Assembly (NCBI GenBank): GCA_030390025.1
Contig: CM059432.1
Location: 38,256,001 to 38,320,000, forward strand
Length of the DNA: 64,000 bases
Source: Squalus acanthias
Taxonomy: Eukaryota
Direction of reading: 5' to 3'
Part shown: piece by piece, positions 45,850-59,741 of the stretch
Numbering within the stretch: position 1 is the stretch's first letter
Layout of the letters: each line of letters starts with the position of its first letter
The notes under the pieces: model-generated
What the model was told of the DNA's origin: nothing
What the model saw: the letters and a program-made list of their open reading frames with translations, nothing else
The model's database searches: none
Translations under genes and position numbers: made by a program

Positions 45850-48548
45850 AATAAATTAAATGTTGGTGTTGTAGAATTCGCAATATATCGCGATTTTATT
45901 AATAAGGAGAAAACACAGAGTTTCGTTCAAACAGCTTTTATTTCAGCAGAATGCTGCCAGGTTTAAAGTGGACACAAGCAGCCTGTAAAATGGCCGCCGC
46001 ACCTCGTGACAGAACATTCTAGACTTTTCAACAGGCAGACAAGATGGCGTTCCAATAAACATTTGTGCAAGATCGATTAAGATTCAGCACAGTGAAGATA
46101 ATACACGAGACATTATGGGTTTGCAGTATACACATAAATACTGAAATCGGTCTCCCAGGTACAAATGAAAGCCATTGTACCGAGTAATCAAGGGCCCATC
46201 CAAAAGACATTAATATGTAAAATCCCAACGACTCTACGATGAGAGAGCCGTTAACAGGTAGTTATACAAAACACTTGGAAGCCCCACAACCCCTCCAGGG
46301 AGAACACCGACCGATTTAACAATGGGAGAAATATTAACAGGTACTCAGACATTTACGAGTAGCCCCGAAACCCATTAAGAACGGAGATCACCCATACAAG
46401 ACATTTGAGCGCCAGACCCTAAACAAAAGAATGGACATTAAGGTTGGGCGGGAAACGGAAGATTTTGCACTATAATTGCAGGCTCCAAACCGTCCATCTT
46501 TCTCTTATCCGATCGACTCGTAACCTCGTGGCTGCTCCTGTGTACTCGTAGTCGGGCTCCTGCTTGCCTGTTGACTCTTTGAAAAGGACTGTTGAACTTT
46601 CTGATCCGTTCGGATCTACCTCGTGTCGCGTAACGAAGACCTATGTTGGTAACTGGCAGCAGAACCAAAGGCCCGAGATGAGATGAGATGAGATGAGATG
46701 AGATGAGAAGAGAGGAAGACCATATCCATCGCCACGGTCAGTAAATCCCGACCGCGCCTGTAGGTCGAACAGCCAAGTTTTCCTTGCCAGGAAGACTTCT
46801 TCGAACTTGCAAAGAACATATCACATCGATGATATTGACAACTGTGCTCGGAAAAGTACCTGTTAAACCAACCAACACAGGTCTTCATCACAGCAGACGG
46901 TCCAGCCTGCTAGCCGGAGCAGCAGAAGCAAGTAAACAAGTGGGACCAGGAGATCTCCTGACCGACACGTGGGTGCTGCGGTGAAAAACATCCGATCAGC
47001 TATTCGGAATTTCTCCGAGTTATCACGAGTGGTGAGCATGAGTCTCGAAATCCTACGAATCTAGTTAGGATAGATATTGATAGGGGAGGGTTTAAGGATT
47101 AAGGATATTTGTAATGTGTGCCCCTATTTACTGTGTGCCGTTCGTTCCTCGTTTCCCTAAGATCGACTATATAACTGCTTGTAAGATTGTACTGTCATTA
47201 ATCCGTGCTTATGACATGTATTTCATAATCTTAAGTATCATGCAATAAAGATTTTCCATTTCGTACCATTCAACCGAGTCTACATGAGTTTCATCTCCAT
47301 TACTGCTCTCGCATCTAAGTCCAGTGTCTAGAACCGTAAGGGCGAGTGATTCGAACCACTCACAGGTGTGTCTAGTGTTCCCAGACTGGCTGGAGACCAG
47401 AACAGGCAACAAGGCCTAGACCCGCACTGACATACAGGCTGCACAGAGCTGCGTGAATCTCACAGGCTGCGAGACACGCAGGGTCAGAATCCCTTACAGT
47501 GTTCTGAGAGCTTTAGGTGTCCTAGTACAAGAAACACAGTGAGTTAGCATGCAGGTACAGCATGCAATTAAGAAGGCAAATGGCATGTTGGCTTTTTTTG
47601 CAAGGGGGTTGGAGTACAAGAATAAGGAAGCCTTGCTACAATTGTACAGGGCTTTGGTGAGACCACACCTGTAGTACTGTGCACAATTTTGGTCTCCTTA
47701 TCTAAGGAAGGATATACTTGCCTTGGAGGGAGTGCAACAAAGGTTCACTAAATAATTTCTGGGATGAGAGGGTTGTTCTATGAGGAAAGATTGAGTATAT
47801 TGGGTCTATACTCTCTGTAGTTTAGAAGAATGAGAGATGATATCATTGAAACTTAAGATTCTGAGGTGGATTGACAGGATAGATGCTGAGAGGTTGTTTC
47901 CCCTGGCTGGAGAGTCTAGAACGTGGGGGCATAGTCTCAGGATAAGGGGTCAGCCTTTTAAGACTGAGATGAGGAGGAATTTCTTCATAGAATCATAGAA
48001 ATTTATGGCACAGAGGGAGGCCATTCGGCCCATCATGTTTGTGCCGTCCGAAAAGAGCTATCCAGCCTAATCCCACTTCCCAGCTCTTGGTCTGTAGCCC
48101 TGTAGGTTACGGCACTTCAAGTGCATATTCAAGTACTTTTTAAATGTGATGAGGGTTTCTACCTCTACCACCCTTTCAGGCAGTGAGTTCCAGACCCCCA
48201 CCACCCTCTGGGTGAAAAAAAGTTCTCCTCAACTCCCCTTTAATCCTTCCACCAATTACTTTAAATCTGCGTCCCCTGGTTATTAACCTCTCCACTGAGG
48301 GAAATAGGTCCTTCCTGTCCACTCTATCTAGGCCCCTCATAATTTTATACACCTCAATTAAGTCTCCCCTCAGCCTCCTCTGTTCCAAAGAAACCTACCC
48401 CAGCCTATCCAATCTTTCCTCATAGCTAAAATTCTCCAGTCCTGGCAACATCCTCATAAATCTCCTCTGTACCCTCTCCAGTGCAATCACTATAGCTCGA
48501 GAGGCCGTATGACCTATTCCTGCTCCTAATTCTTATGTTCTTATGTTC
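45850..48548 (+). mobile_element. CR1 3' fragment hosting the solo LTR and an antisense CR1 piece (47988-48492)
   Basis: AAATGTTGGTGT|LTR|GTGTTCTGAGAG continues as CR1; minus-strand EQRRLRGDLIEVYK at 48176-48388. Confidence 0.8.
45870..47498 (+). mobile_element. Solo LTR of the provirus family (1629 bp), opposite orientation, diverged
   Basis: TGTAGAATTCGC...CCCTTACA, 4-bp TSD GTGT; collinear with the reverse complement of 18414-20074 with substitutions and indels. Confidence 0.96.
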
Positions 48549-49194
48549 CCAACCCTTTCTTCAAGCCCCACCAGACCATGATTGCAGCTGCATGGTGCCT
48601 CAGAACAATTCATTCCTAGTGAAGTGAGCATCCGAGTTGGAGTGGAAACGGCGCTGGTACCCACCCGTAACATTTAAATTACCCTGACCTGGGAATTTCC
48701 ATTGTTGCCAGGGACTTCAGCACTGGGCAGATGGAAATTCTGCTCTACTCAGATCCGGCCAGCTGGATTTTAGGGCCTAAGCCTTGTGCATAGTACAAAT
48801 TTCCTGTAAGTTTCACACTTATTTCCTGTAACACTTTATTTGTCACACTTTAGACATCACACTTTAAGATATCCAGTGCTGGATGAGCAGAAATTTCCTC
48901 CAACTTAATATTGGGAAGACTGAAATTTGTCCTAATTTTAACTCCAGGTGGATTCCCCGCTCAGGCCAGAGTTAAAATTACAGTCGGGTCTCAAAGACGT
49001 TATCGGGCCACAACATGCATATTTAAAGAAGGACCCTATTGGCTCCGGGCGTGTGTCCTTGCTGCCTGCTCAGGAAAGCAGGTTACAATTGCAGATGTTG
49101 CAATCATGGCAGCTTTTGGACAGGTAAGACGAGGGCAATTTTAACTGCCCACCCGCCAGATTTCTGCTGAGCGAGTAGAGCTAAAATCGCCCCT

Positions 49195-50003
49195 TGGTCC
49201 CCACCACAAATTCCATTCCTTAGCCACCGACTCCAATCCTTTACCTGGCAATAGTCTGAGACTGAACTAGACTGTTCACAACCTTGGTGTCATATTTGAG
49301 CCAGAGATGAGCTTCCGACCACATATCTGCGCCATCACGAAGACTGGTTACTTCCACCTCCGTAACATCGCTTGACTGCTCCCCTGCCTCAGCTCATCTG
49401 CTGCTGAAACCTTCATCCATGTCTTTGTTACCTCTAGACTTGACTATTCCAACACACTCCTGATCGGACTCCCATCTTACACCCTCCATAAACTTAAGCT
49501 CATCCAAAACTCTGCTCCCGTATCCTAACTCGCACCAAGTCTCATTCACCCATCACGACTGTGCTCGCTGACCTACATTGGCTCCCGGTTGAACAACGCC
49601 GCGATTTTAACATTTTCTTCCTTGTTTTCAAATCGCTCCATGGCCTCGCCCCCTCCCTATCTCTGTAATCTCCTCCAGCCCTACAAACCTCCGAGATATC
49701 TGCGCTCCTCCAATCCTGGCCTCTTGCGCCTCTCCGCTTTTAATCACTCCATCATTGGCGGCCGTGCCTTCAGCTGTCAAGGACCTAAGCTCTGGAATTC
49801 TCTCAATCTCTCCACCTCGCTACCTCTCTTTCCTCCTTTAAGACGCTCCTTAAAACCTACCTCTTTGACCAAGCTTTTGGTCACCTGCCCTAATATCTCC
49901 TTATGTGGCTCAGTGTTAAATACTGTTTCATAATGCTCCTGTGAAGCACCTTGGGACCTTTTACTACGTTAAAGGCGCTATATAAATGCAAGTTGTTTTG
50001 TTG
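49195..50003 (+). mobile_element. L2-type LINE 3' fragment
   Basis: Decayed ORF2 C-terminus (GGRAFSCQGPKLWNSL) and tail TAAAGGCGCTATATAAATGCAAGTTG. Confidence 0.8.
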
Positions 50004-51492
50004 ATATCTTGATTCATCCCGAGCAATGCCACTGCTAGTAATATATTAAAAGCAGGACTTCTAACTCACACAGGTGATTCATTCCACATTATGTTACAGA
50101 TGCAAAACAATCTTAAAATGCTGGATGAGCCAAATTACATACATTGGCAACAAAATAATATGTTCTGTATTAAATGGGATAATGTTCCTTATAAAACAGT
50201 GGTTTTGTTTTATTCGTTCCTGGGATGTGGGCGTCACTGGCAAGGCCAGCATTTATTGCCCAAGGTGGTGGTGAGCTGCCACTTCAGATGGCAGTTAAGA
50301 GGTCATTATTACTGATACTGGCTTTTTAGTCCAGATTTATTTAATTAACTGAACTAAAATTCCCCTGCTGCCGTGGTGGGATTTGAATCAGATCATTAGT
50401 CCAGGCTTTGGGAATCACTAGTCCAGTAACATAACCACTATGCTACCGTGCCTGTAGTGTACCATCTGACTTACCATAAGAAATGCCACGGATGAGCAGC
50501 TTATTAGAGAATCCTACATTGCTACTCCTGCTATTATAACGTCCAACTCACATTCAGAAATACTGCTGAAGATCCACTAGTGATGAAAATTATACAACTG
50601 GATTGAAAACAAGTCATTGTTCCATATTTACGCAATGCACAGCCTTTATGTAACAGTCATCTGATGAACTGAATGCTTTTTGCTGATCAGTTTATGTGCT
50701 GTTCAACCAGAGGCAGCGCTTCTGTATCCATCGAAACAGACAGTGTCATTATTATTCTCTCCAACCTCTCAGCAATCAGCACTGAGAAAATGTGTTTCTT
50801 TCTTTGTTGCTTGGGTAGGTTTTTGTCTTCAGTGTTCTCGCTGTGTGAAGTTCTGTGCTGGGAAAGCTAAAGATGAACATTTTCCCCAGTGAGTTTGCTG
50901 CGGCAACTTGTCTTGTACCTACTTTAAATTGATTCCCAATTTGCTACTGTAAAGTTAGAGAGTACATTAAATAAACTCCAAGATTTTGTAAATGCAGAGT
51001 TCCAGCCTGTATAAAGGGCCCTACACTTTCATTTGCTTTCAAGCTGTTTTCACAAGATCTACTTTGCACATGGCCCCCTTTGTGTGCATCAAAAGAGTGG
51101 CTGTTAAAAAAAGAAATAAAATAAAATGAACATTCTCCAACACGCAGTGTGTGGAATATTGACGCATGTAGTTTGGTGTTTTCTTTTAAACTGTCTTTTT
51201 GAAGGAGCCACACTCCAGGTAGTCCCTGCTGGAAAGGCCACTTGACTGGCAGGCAGCATGAAGGCAACGAAGGAAGAGAGAGGTGGGCACCGCGTCCTAT
51301 TTCTCCTACCAGGTTCCTCTTCTTCCCGTTGGTGAAACTACCCTCAGTGTAATAGTTTCATTAACCGAAGGACGAAATTCCAAACGGAATTTTAAGCATA
51401 AATAAGCCTTTTCTTATATGCAATTTAAGCTAACAGCACATTGGGAATCTGTTTAAAGGGCTTCTGAAGCACCCCAGTAGGTGTGATGTGTA

Positions 51493-51606
51493 AAGAAAGA
51501 AAGACTTGCATTTATATAGCGCCTTTCACGACCACCGGACGTCTCAAAGCCAATGAAGAGCCAATGAAGTACTATTTGAAGTGTAGTCACTGTTGTAATG
51601 TGGGAA
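51493..51606 (-). mobile_element. SINE 3' fragment, same family as 4093-4467
   Basis: AAGACTTGCATTTATATAGCGCCTTTCACGACC...GAAGTGTAGTCACTGTTGTAATG matches 4093-4200. Confidence 0.75.
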
Positions 51607-52270
51607 TGCACATGCAGTATAACACTGAGAACATAGATCAGCGAGGTCCCAGCTTTGATTGCTAGACTATGCTGAGTTAGCCAATATTATTTGGGGTTGC
51701 AGTGGGAGCAGTACGATTGGTCATAATGTCCCAGGGCAATGGATACAAAGTTCCTATTCCTGCTTGCTATCCAGAGATCCCTATTGTATGCAGTTGTCAG
51801 ATCCAGAATTAGTTACAAAGTCAAGAGTGAAGTGGCTCACAGACACTCACTGTTCAATGAAGAACAATATGAAGAGTGGGCACTTGGGTGAGGCATCTGA
51901 GAGTCGGTAATATCAATGGAATCTTACTTCAGCATCAGTAACCGCCTTCAGGGTGGGGGAGATGAAGGGAGAAAATTGCATGTAAGACTGGATGAGAGCG
52001 AAAAATGTCTATAAATTCTACAAATTAAACATTGGTTCCAACACTGATTAACTGAGTGTCCGATGAATGTTTCATACAGGGGCCAACTCAGAGGCTGGAG
52101 TCTAACCAGTCATGTCCGTAGCCCATAAACAGATTAGGGGAGTGGAGAGATGTGTGGCAAATGCAGTTCAACATAGATTAACATGAACTAATAGATTTTT
52201 GGAAAAGAACAGGGAATGAAAATATATCCTAATGGGCAAAATTCTCAATGCACTGGAGGAACTGATTTTA

Positions 52271-52925
52271 AGCCCTGATTTTAACCTCCCTGCATGGCGG
52301 GATGGTACAGTGAGGGTAGAGGATAAGATGGTGGGATTTCGCACCACGTTCCTGACATGTTCCTTCCCCTCACCATCTTAATTTGCCTGAAGTCAGACAT
52401 GGGACAGCAGTCCACTCCAGAGGAACATGGGCCTAACTTAAATGATGAATTTGCGTTCCAATGACATCATTGGGACACGCACCTCATTTTCACTGTGGGC
52501 CAACTAAGGGTTGCACAGTCCCAGACCCGCCAGCAAACGCTGGTGACAGGCAGCATGGTGGCCTTAGGAGTCCCAGGTAAGTTGATTGTTTTTTTAATTT
52601 TTAACGGTTCATTGTGGGCCAGTAGGAGCAGGACTGCTCCCCCAGGCTCTAAAAGGATAACTTGAGCCTCCCCTACCCCAGGCTTACCATCCTCCTGATC
52701 ACGATCTTTGCTGATTCCCCTCCTGCCCCGTCCTCCCTGACTTACCTTGCTGGGAACCATTTCTATGGGACCACAGCGGTAGCTGACCCCCTTCCCCACC
52801 CCCCCCCAGCCCCGCGACATTCCACTCCCGCTTGCCAGCATTGACATCATTCCCACCGGCCTTCGGGCAGGAATCAGTGTAGCTGTTTGCAAATGAGGTT
52901 CCTGGTCCAAGTTAAAATCTGCCCC
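52271..52925. mobile_element. Degenerate MITE-like element
   Basis: Ends GCCCTGATTTTAAC / GTTAAAATCTGCCCC. Confidence 0.5.
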
Positions 52926-53232
52926 AAAGGGATTTAGATATACAGAGTTTTCACAGCAGGATTGCAGGTGGAAGAAGCTGTGAAATGCACAGGCGAGTTT
53001 CACGTATATGGGGCACTGGGGGTTATTTTCTGATTTGTACTGGTGACGGAAACCTTGTCTGTTGCCAGCGCGCGTTGGAAATTTGTGGGCACGATGACAC
53101 GACCTTCTGATACGTTTTGCTGACAGGTGAGGTTCCTCGCCATGGGGAAGTATCCAGAAAATGTAGGCTTTTGAATACAGCAGCAAGTAAGTGAGGATGG
53201 ATCTGTACAAGGTGGGGTGGGGTGGGGGGGGG

Positions 53233-53385
53233 CTGTGTAATTTTCAACTCCAGCCCCTGGGTGGTAACCTAGCAGGGCAGATCACCTGATTTCAATGGAA
53301 TGAAAATTGGGGAGGGCTCCACAATGGCCAGGCGATCTACTTCACCAGGTTAACGCCCAGGGGGGCAAAGTTGAAAATTACCCCC
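53233..53385. repeat. Short foldback MITE
   Basis: GTAATTTTCAACT..CCCTGGGTGGTAACCT pairs with AGGTTAACGCCCAGGG..AGTTGAAAATTAC. Confidence 0.7.
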
Positions 53386-53721
53386 ATTGCTAGGCTGCAG
53401 TTGCAGTATTGGGTGCAGTTTTGAACACCCTACTGACGTAAGAAAACTACTAGGCACTTGGTCTAAGCGTTAAACAAAGCTTTAATCAACTGTTTTTCAA
53501 CATGGAGGTCTAGTTGTGTCCTTCACTTGGTTCCTGTTAAAGAATGTCCTGAGCAAGCTGGGCCCATGCCCGAGTATTTATACTCTCCCTGGACAGCGCC
53601 ACCAGCAGGCCGCCCAATATTATTTCATAAGTCATTTCCACATGAATGACAAGATTCATGTCACCTACTATAGATAAGATTTTGGAGAGGTGCAATAGTT
53701 ACACGGTAGATTCACTCGGAG

Positions 53722-53858
53722 AAAAGCAAAGTACTGCAGATGCTAGAAATCTGAAATGAAAACAGAAAATGCTGGAAATACTCAGCAGGTGAGGCAGCAT
53801 CTGTGGAGAGAGAAACAGAGTTAATGCTTGAGGTCGATGACCTTGCATCAGAACTGAA
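53722..53858 (-). mobile_element. Isolated Penelope-like terminal fragment with decayed hammerhead motif
   Basis: Homologous to 57411-57510 and 63436-63566; GAAAC core mutated. Confidence 0.7.
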
Positions 53859-56644
53859 AAATTCATTAAGTTGATGGCAGGGATTATCGGATACAGTTAG
53901 AATGAGAGATTTAAAAAAAAAAATAGGGCTGCATTCACTGAATAGAAAATATTAAAAAGGGAGTTGGAATTAGAGTAGATAGCTCTGATGGGGAAACTAA
54001 CACCCATACAGGCGCGATAGATTAAATAGCCTTAAATTCCTGAATTGCTGAAACTCCGATGGTTCCTTGATCCCCAAATGCTTCCGATTCTTCCCATTGA
54101 ACGTAAATAATAACCCCTACCACACCAAGTTTTAAACAGCAATCTGCACATTCAAATGCATGTCTCTGACATCTGTAATCTTGCCGCAGCAATAACAGAA
54201 AGCTATAGCTATAGGGCTATCCTCCTGCAGGCTAGCAGTAGAAATAGGGCCGATTCACCCTTTTCACACATTCATACACTAATACTGGAGTACGGATCAA
54301 GAGCAATATAAACACAGCACTGGAGCAAAACAGCACGGCGCTGGAGTGAAAACTTGTTATTCTTTAGTTCCTTTGATTGGGAAATTTTAGCTGGTATCCA
54401 TCGTGACAAAGGGCAGCACGCCTGCTCAGAATAGTCTGCTCAATTCCCAGCCTCTAATTGCATTCAGACTTAGCTGGCCTCTCTGGGGCGAAGTTCACTG
54501 GCCCTGTTATAAACCACTGGATGGAACGCCTTGCAATGCTGGCATCGTCCATTTCAGGAAACACAGAAACTCTAGTCAGAAGAGCCATTCCACCCTGAGA
54601 AACACCTTTCCTGTTGTTCGATATAGAGCAGCATTGACTGCAGTCTCTCCGGTGGGATGGCTGAAAGTAGGGCTATAAAATGGTTAAGTAAAAAATTACA
54701 AAAAAAGAAAGGTTAGAGTAAATGTGCTCCACTGTATAGTATCAAGCTAGTCGTTTATAGTGAGGCATTTACAGAGCTGTTCATATATTCCCTGGTTTTG
54801 ACTATTTGTGCTTCATTCATACATCCTAATGTCCACTTTCTGTAGGCTGCTGCATTTGTTTCACATTACTTTTGCGTTTGGAATTTCAAACGGTGTGAAT
54901 TGTCACTAATATAAAAGTGTTACTGATCTTAGTGGCTGTCGATATCACAGTGGCAGCTGGCTGCTCATACCTCCAATTATGCAGCCTGATGACTCTTTTA
55001 CAGCACAGGTCTTGTGATCAAAAGCCAACCACACTTTGCAATCAGTAATACCCAAATCTGGCAAAAATCTCACAGTGACTGATCCACAGTTAAAGCCTTT
55101 CCTAGTCACTCCCACCCTACAGAAAACATGCAAGATCCTTTCTGAGTAGACTAGTTATGTATTTATCAGGATTCAAATCTATTCTGACACCAAAAATGTG
55201 GAGAGAAAACAAAGTCAAGCCAATGGAAAAAATTGCTAAGCACAACATATTCTGAAGACTGTGTATCGCACAGTAACCCTTTAGAAACAATTGGCGGCAG
55301 AGTTCGGATTCTTTTCTAGTGGAGAGGACTCTGCTGCTGATTCTCCCCTGCCTCCTCCCGCCACCCCCTGTGGGAAAGTGCCTCATTTAATGTAGTTCAA
55401 GAAACATAATTCCTCTTCCTCCACATGTGGTTGATGTAGTGAATGTTCCGAATGTGACTACTGCATAGCCCAAAATTGAGGATAAGCAAACACATTTGAG
55501 TTGCTATATAAGGATATATTCACAAGTATCAATTTTCTGAATTTTCTACTGGTTTCAGGACACCAGGCTATATACTATGATTAGTGTGAAGTAATGATAC
55601 TGAGCTATATTTTCAAATGACATCCATACTATTTAAAGGGATAGCTGGCACATACAAGATCCTTGAAAGAGTCTGGAGGCAGCACCGCCTACAGGATGTA
55701 TAGTAGATAGGTTGTTTTCAGGCAATGGGCTTGGAATTGGGGACAGGAGACAGCAGGAAAGATCTGTGTGGTGAGAGAACACAATCCCACTTACTGTATC
55801 CTTAGAAATGCAACGGGACATCAGACCTTGCAGCACACACACTCCCTCATTACAAGGGTCACAAGCTCACTTCAGAACAATCACCTGCTTGCCTGTACTG
55901 AACACAGCATGCTTTTTTTTATTATTCAGCTTATTGATATAAATAAATGGTTTTCGGTAGCTATTGAATCCTGAGAGACACAAATAAGGTGCAATATCAA
56001 TCCAAGCCTTCCTTTTTTGTCTAAGAATAAAAATCACTACCTGCTCCTGATTGAGAGACTCCCCCAGTTACCTTAAGGACCACCCAATTATTCAAGGACA
56101 GCACTCCCCTCACATTGACAGCACAGACACGTCTGGAGCTCCTCAACTAAGAGTGGGCTTCGAGCATGGAAGCTGCCGCACAAAGTTACAACCGCAAGAA
56201 AGAAAAGGGAAGGATGCATTCCAGATTCCTAGATATGCACATAATCAGATCTGAGGTCATCTAGACCTCAACGTTTGGTGGGGAGGCCATGGAACTGGCT
56301 TTGAAACTCCAGGCAATTATGGCTTGTGCCTTGTGGCTTCAGCACTTGGCTGAGTCTTCCCTGAGGTTAAAGTGAATCTAAAGGAAAGCAAGCTTGAGTT
56401 TTGCCCTTTTATTCAATCGTGTCTTATTGTGCAATTAAGCATTTGGGATCAGTTATATACATAAGTGAAAAAATATATTCTGGAAGCAATACTCACTGTT
56501 GTAATATGGACTTGTATGGTATTTTTTATAAAGACAATTAACCATTTTTTAATAACCAATAAAGAGGATTTTGACACTCCATAGCTGTGTTGCACTGTGT
56601 GTGATTCTGTCCCAAGGTTTTGAGTGAATTAACAGGTTTGCTAA

Positions 56645-57150
56645 AAGAGAATGGTTTCAGTCTTCCAATTGCTTAATTGGAGGGAATTTCTGCTCATCCA
56701 GTACGGGATGTTGGACAAGCCGACTGACAACACAGAGGCAGTGGAGGGGTTGAGAGAGGTGGTGTTGAGGTAGACCTGGTTGTCATCAATGTGGAACCTG
56801 ATGTTGTGCTTTTGGATGATGTTGCCAACGGGCAGCATGTAGATGAGAAATAGGAGGGGACCAAGGATGGACCATAGATGCGGGATTGGGAAGAGAAGCC
56901 ATTGCAGGAGTTTTTCTGGTTACGATGGGATAGGTAAGAATGGAACCAGGCGAATGCAGTCCCACTCAGCTGGATGACAGAGGAGAGACGTTGGAGGAGG
57001 ATTGTGTGGTCAACCATGTCCAAGGCTGCAGACAGGTCGAGAAGGATCAGGAGGGATAGTGCACCACGGTCACAGTCACAAAAGATGTCATTTGTGATTT
57101 TGATTAGGGCCTTTTCAGTGCTGTGGCGGGGGCAGAAACCAGATTCGAAA
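56645..57150 (-). mobile_element. L2-type LINE RT fragment
   Basis: DMVDHTILLQRLS...AFAWFHSYLS. Confidence 0.75.
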
Positions 57151-57154
57151 GATG

Positions 57155-57395
57155 GGCATGGTCCCTTTGCTCCTCCACAGGTCCTAGTCTCTCACCATTA
57201 TGAAAATATTCTGATCTATCTTTCTTAGATCCAAAGTGGATGACCTCACACTTCCCCACATTGTCATAGTTTGCCCACTCACTTAGTCTGTCTACGTTCC
57301 CACTCCCATCTACAGAACGTACTGTGCCTCCTAACTTAGTGTCACCTGCAAATTTGGATTTACAACTCTCTATTCCTTCATCCAAGTCATGAATA
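57155..57395 (-). mobile_element. CR1 RT fragment
   Basis: SKFAGDTKLGG..DRLSEWA..KCEVIHFG. Confidence 0.75.
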
Positions 57396-57410
57396 TATAC
57401 AATATAATAT

Positions 57411-58680
57411 AAAAACAGAAAATGCTGGAAATACTCAACAGATTAGGCAGCATCTGTAGAGAGAGAAACAGAGTTAACGTTTCAGGTCGCTGACCTTTCG
57501 TCAGAACGAGAAGAAGTTAGAGATGTAACAGATTTTAAGCAAGTAAAGAGGCAGGGAAGGGCGGGGGGAGAGGAGAAAAGAACAACAGGGAAGGTCTGTG
57601 ATAGGGTGGAAGGCACAAGTGATTAAATGACAAAAGGGATGATGGTGCAAGACAAAAGGGATGGTAATGGGATAAGTAAAGAAACAAAAGATGGGTCTAG
57701 AGGAGGTGTAAATGGCAACAGCAGAACTATTACCAGCACCTGCTGTCCGAAAAAATGAGAGCAGTGGTTATGATCTGAAATTGTTCAACTCGATGTTGAG
57801 TCTGAAAGGCTATAAAGTGCCTAATCGAAAGTTGAGGTGCTGTTCCTCAAGCTTTCGTTGAGCTTCATTGGAACAGTGTAGGAGGCCAAGGACAGAGAGG
57901 TCAGAGTGGGAGTGGGATGGAGAATTAAAATGACAAGCAACCGAAAGCTTAGGGTCACACTTGCTAAATGTAAGAACAAGTTCAGCTAGGTGGAGGAGGG
58001 TGGTGGTGGATGGGGTCTGGTTGGGCCTCCGTTCAAGAAAGAAGCAGATGTCCCACAGGCTGTCCTGGTGGGGGATGGAGGTGTAGAGGGACTGGACCTC
58101 CATGGTGAAAAGGAGACGGTTAGGGCCAGGAAACTGGAAACTGTTAAAGTGGAGGAGGATGTTGGAAGAGTCGCGAATATAAGTCGGAAGGGAAAAAATA
58201 GAGTTGAGATAGGAAGAAGTAAGTTCCGTGGGGCAAGAACAGGCAGAAATGATGGAACTACCAGGGCATTCCTGTTTGTGGATCTTGGGAGGGATGTAGA
58301 AGCTGGCTGTGCAGGTTTGGGGGTCTATGAGGTTGGAGGCCGTGGGGGGAAGAACTCCAGAGGAGATGAGGTCAGTGCCAGTCTGGGAAACGATGGCTTG
58401 ATGTGCGGTGGTGGAGTTGTGGTCCAGGGAATGGTAGGAGGAGGTGTCAGAGACTTGGCATTCAGCCTCCGCAAGGCAGAGGTCAGTTCGCCAAACAACA
58501 ACAGCGCCATCCTTGTCAGCAGCTTTAATGACAATGTCAGGGTTGGACCAGAGAGAACGGAGTGCTGCAAGTTCAGAAGGAGGTAGGTTAGATAAAAACG
58601 GACATATCAGAAGCACTGATGTGGAAAGTGGCATCATCGGAACAGATGCGACGGAGACGGCAAAACTGGGAGAATATCAT
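57411..58680 (-). mobile_element. Penelope-like retroelement, internally deleted (RT N-terminus joined to GIY-YIG C-terminus, plus terminal repeat)
   Basis: IVIKAADKDGAVVV, FYIPPKIHK, FTMEVQSLYTSIPH (PLE RT) then VACHFNS..RKLEEQHLNFRLGTL. Confidence 0.85.
57472..57508 (-). ncRNA. Minimal type I hammerhead ribozyme motif
   Basis: Minus strand GTT-CTGACGA-A-AGGTCagcGACCT-GAAA-CG-TT-AAC. Confidence 0.7.
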
Positions 58681-58691
58681 TAAGATGTATG

Positions 58692-59408
58692 GAGGGGAAA
58701 ATTTCGGTTTCGCCCCTTTTGGGGCACTAACATCGCCGGGGCGCTAATTAGCGCCCCACTGCCTGAAATTCATTGTAGCGCCCCAAGCAGGAGGTGGAGC
58801 ACTACTGGAAGCGCTCCACCTCCTTCCTGGAGCACTACAACTGAATATCGCGGCGCTACGTGCAACAGCGCCATGCCCTCGGCACGTAGCGCCACAGTAT
58901 TGCAGGCCTCCCTCCTCTGATTAAAGGGGAGGGGCCTAGCGCTGCACGCACCGGGGCCCTGCTGGACCACCGGGGAGCGGGGTACCGTGAAAACAGCCCG
59001 GCACTCAAGAGGAGTGCCAGGCTGAGCGATCGCGGCCGGCACACCGGAGAAAATAGGGGAAGAGGGCAGGTGCTGGCAGTCGGGCAAAAAAATTGGCCGC
59101 TCGACACCTGCTCTTTAAGTAGCACCGCCGCAGCTGCAAAAACACCACCCTGACCCTGTTGGACATATCGTCCGACGATAGGTCAGGGGGCGCAACCCAA
59201 GTTTGCGAACGGGGCGCTGCGCACGGCGATGACGTTATCGCTGGCGGTGCAGCGCTGCAGGGTGCTACCGGCTACTGCCGCCGCTAACCTCCCGCTAAAT
59301 TTCGCGGGAGGCATTAGCAGCACCGCGCCCGGGCGTTAGGGGATTTGCGCCCCTTTAGCGCCCCCGGGGGCGCTAACGAGAGGCGCAAATCAACCCAATT
59401 TTTCCCCC
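58692..59408. mobile_element. Harbinger MITE copy C
   Basis: Ends GAGGGGAAAATT / AATTTTTCCCCC, 3-bp TSD ATG; homologous to copies A and B. Confidence 0.9.
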
Positions 59409-59577
59409 ATGGTGTCTTCCAACATTTTTTAACATTAGGAATGCCTTGAATAGGAACAGCGCCATTCAATGGACAATAGCTTTTTTAAAACTGAATGAAT
59501 AATATCAAGTAAAGTCTCCAACTGGCAAAGGACAATACTGCAAATATGAATTTGCGAAACCTACAGCCTCCAGTCCA

Positions 59578-59741
59578 GGGCTGATTTTAACCTTTGGCAG
59601 TGGCGTAAAACAGGTGGCAGCAGATTGGCCGCCCGTTCTATTCCATTGAAGTCAATGGAAAGGAGAATTGAAAGGGCAAATAACGAGCGTTCAATCCACT
59701 TTCGCTCATCTTTTGCCACCACTGCAAGTTAAAATAAACCC
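59578..59741. repeat. Short foldback MITE
   Basis: GGGCTGATTTTAAC..GCAGTGGCG / CCACTGCAAGTTAAAATAAACCC with central TTCCATTGA-AG-TCAATGGAA hairpin. Confidence 0.7.

Noticed and set aside
52467..53210. 247-aa minus-strand ORF
   Set aside because: Non-ATG start, spans a decayed MITE boundary, no domain signature
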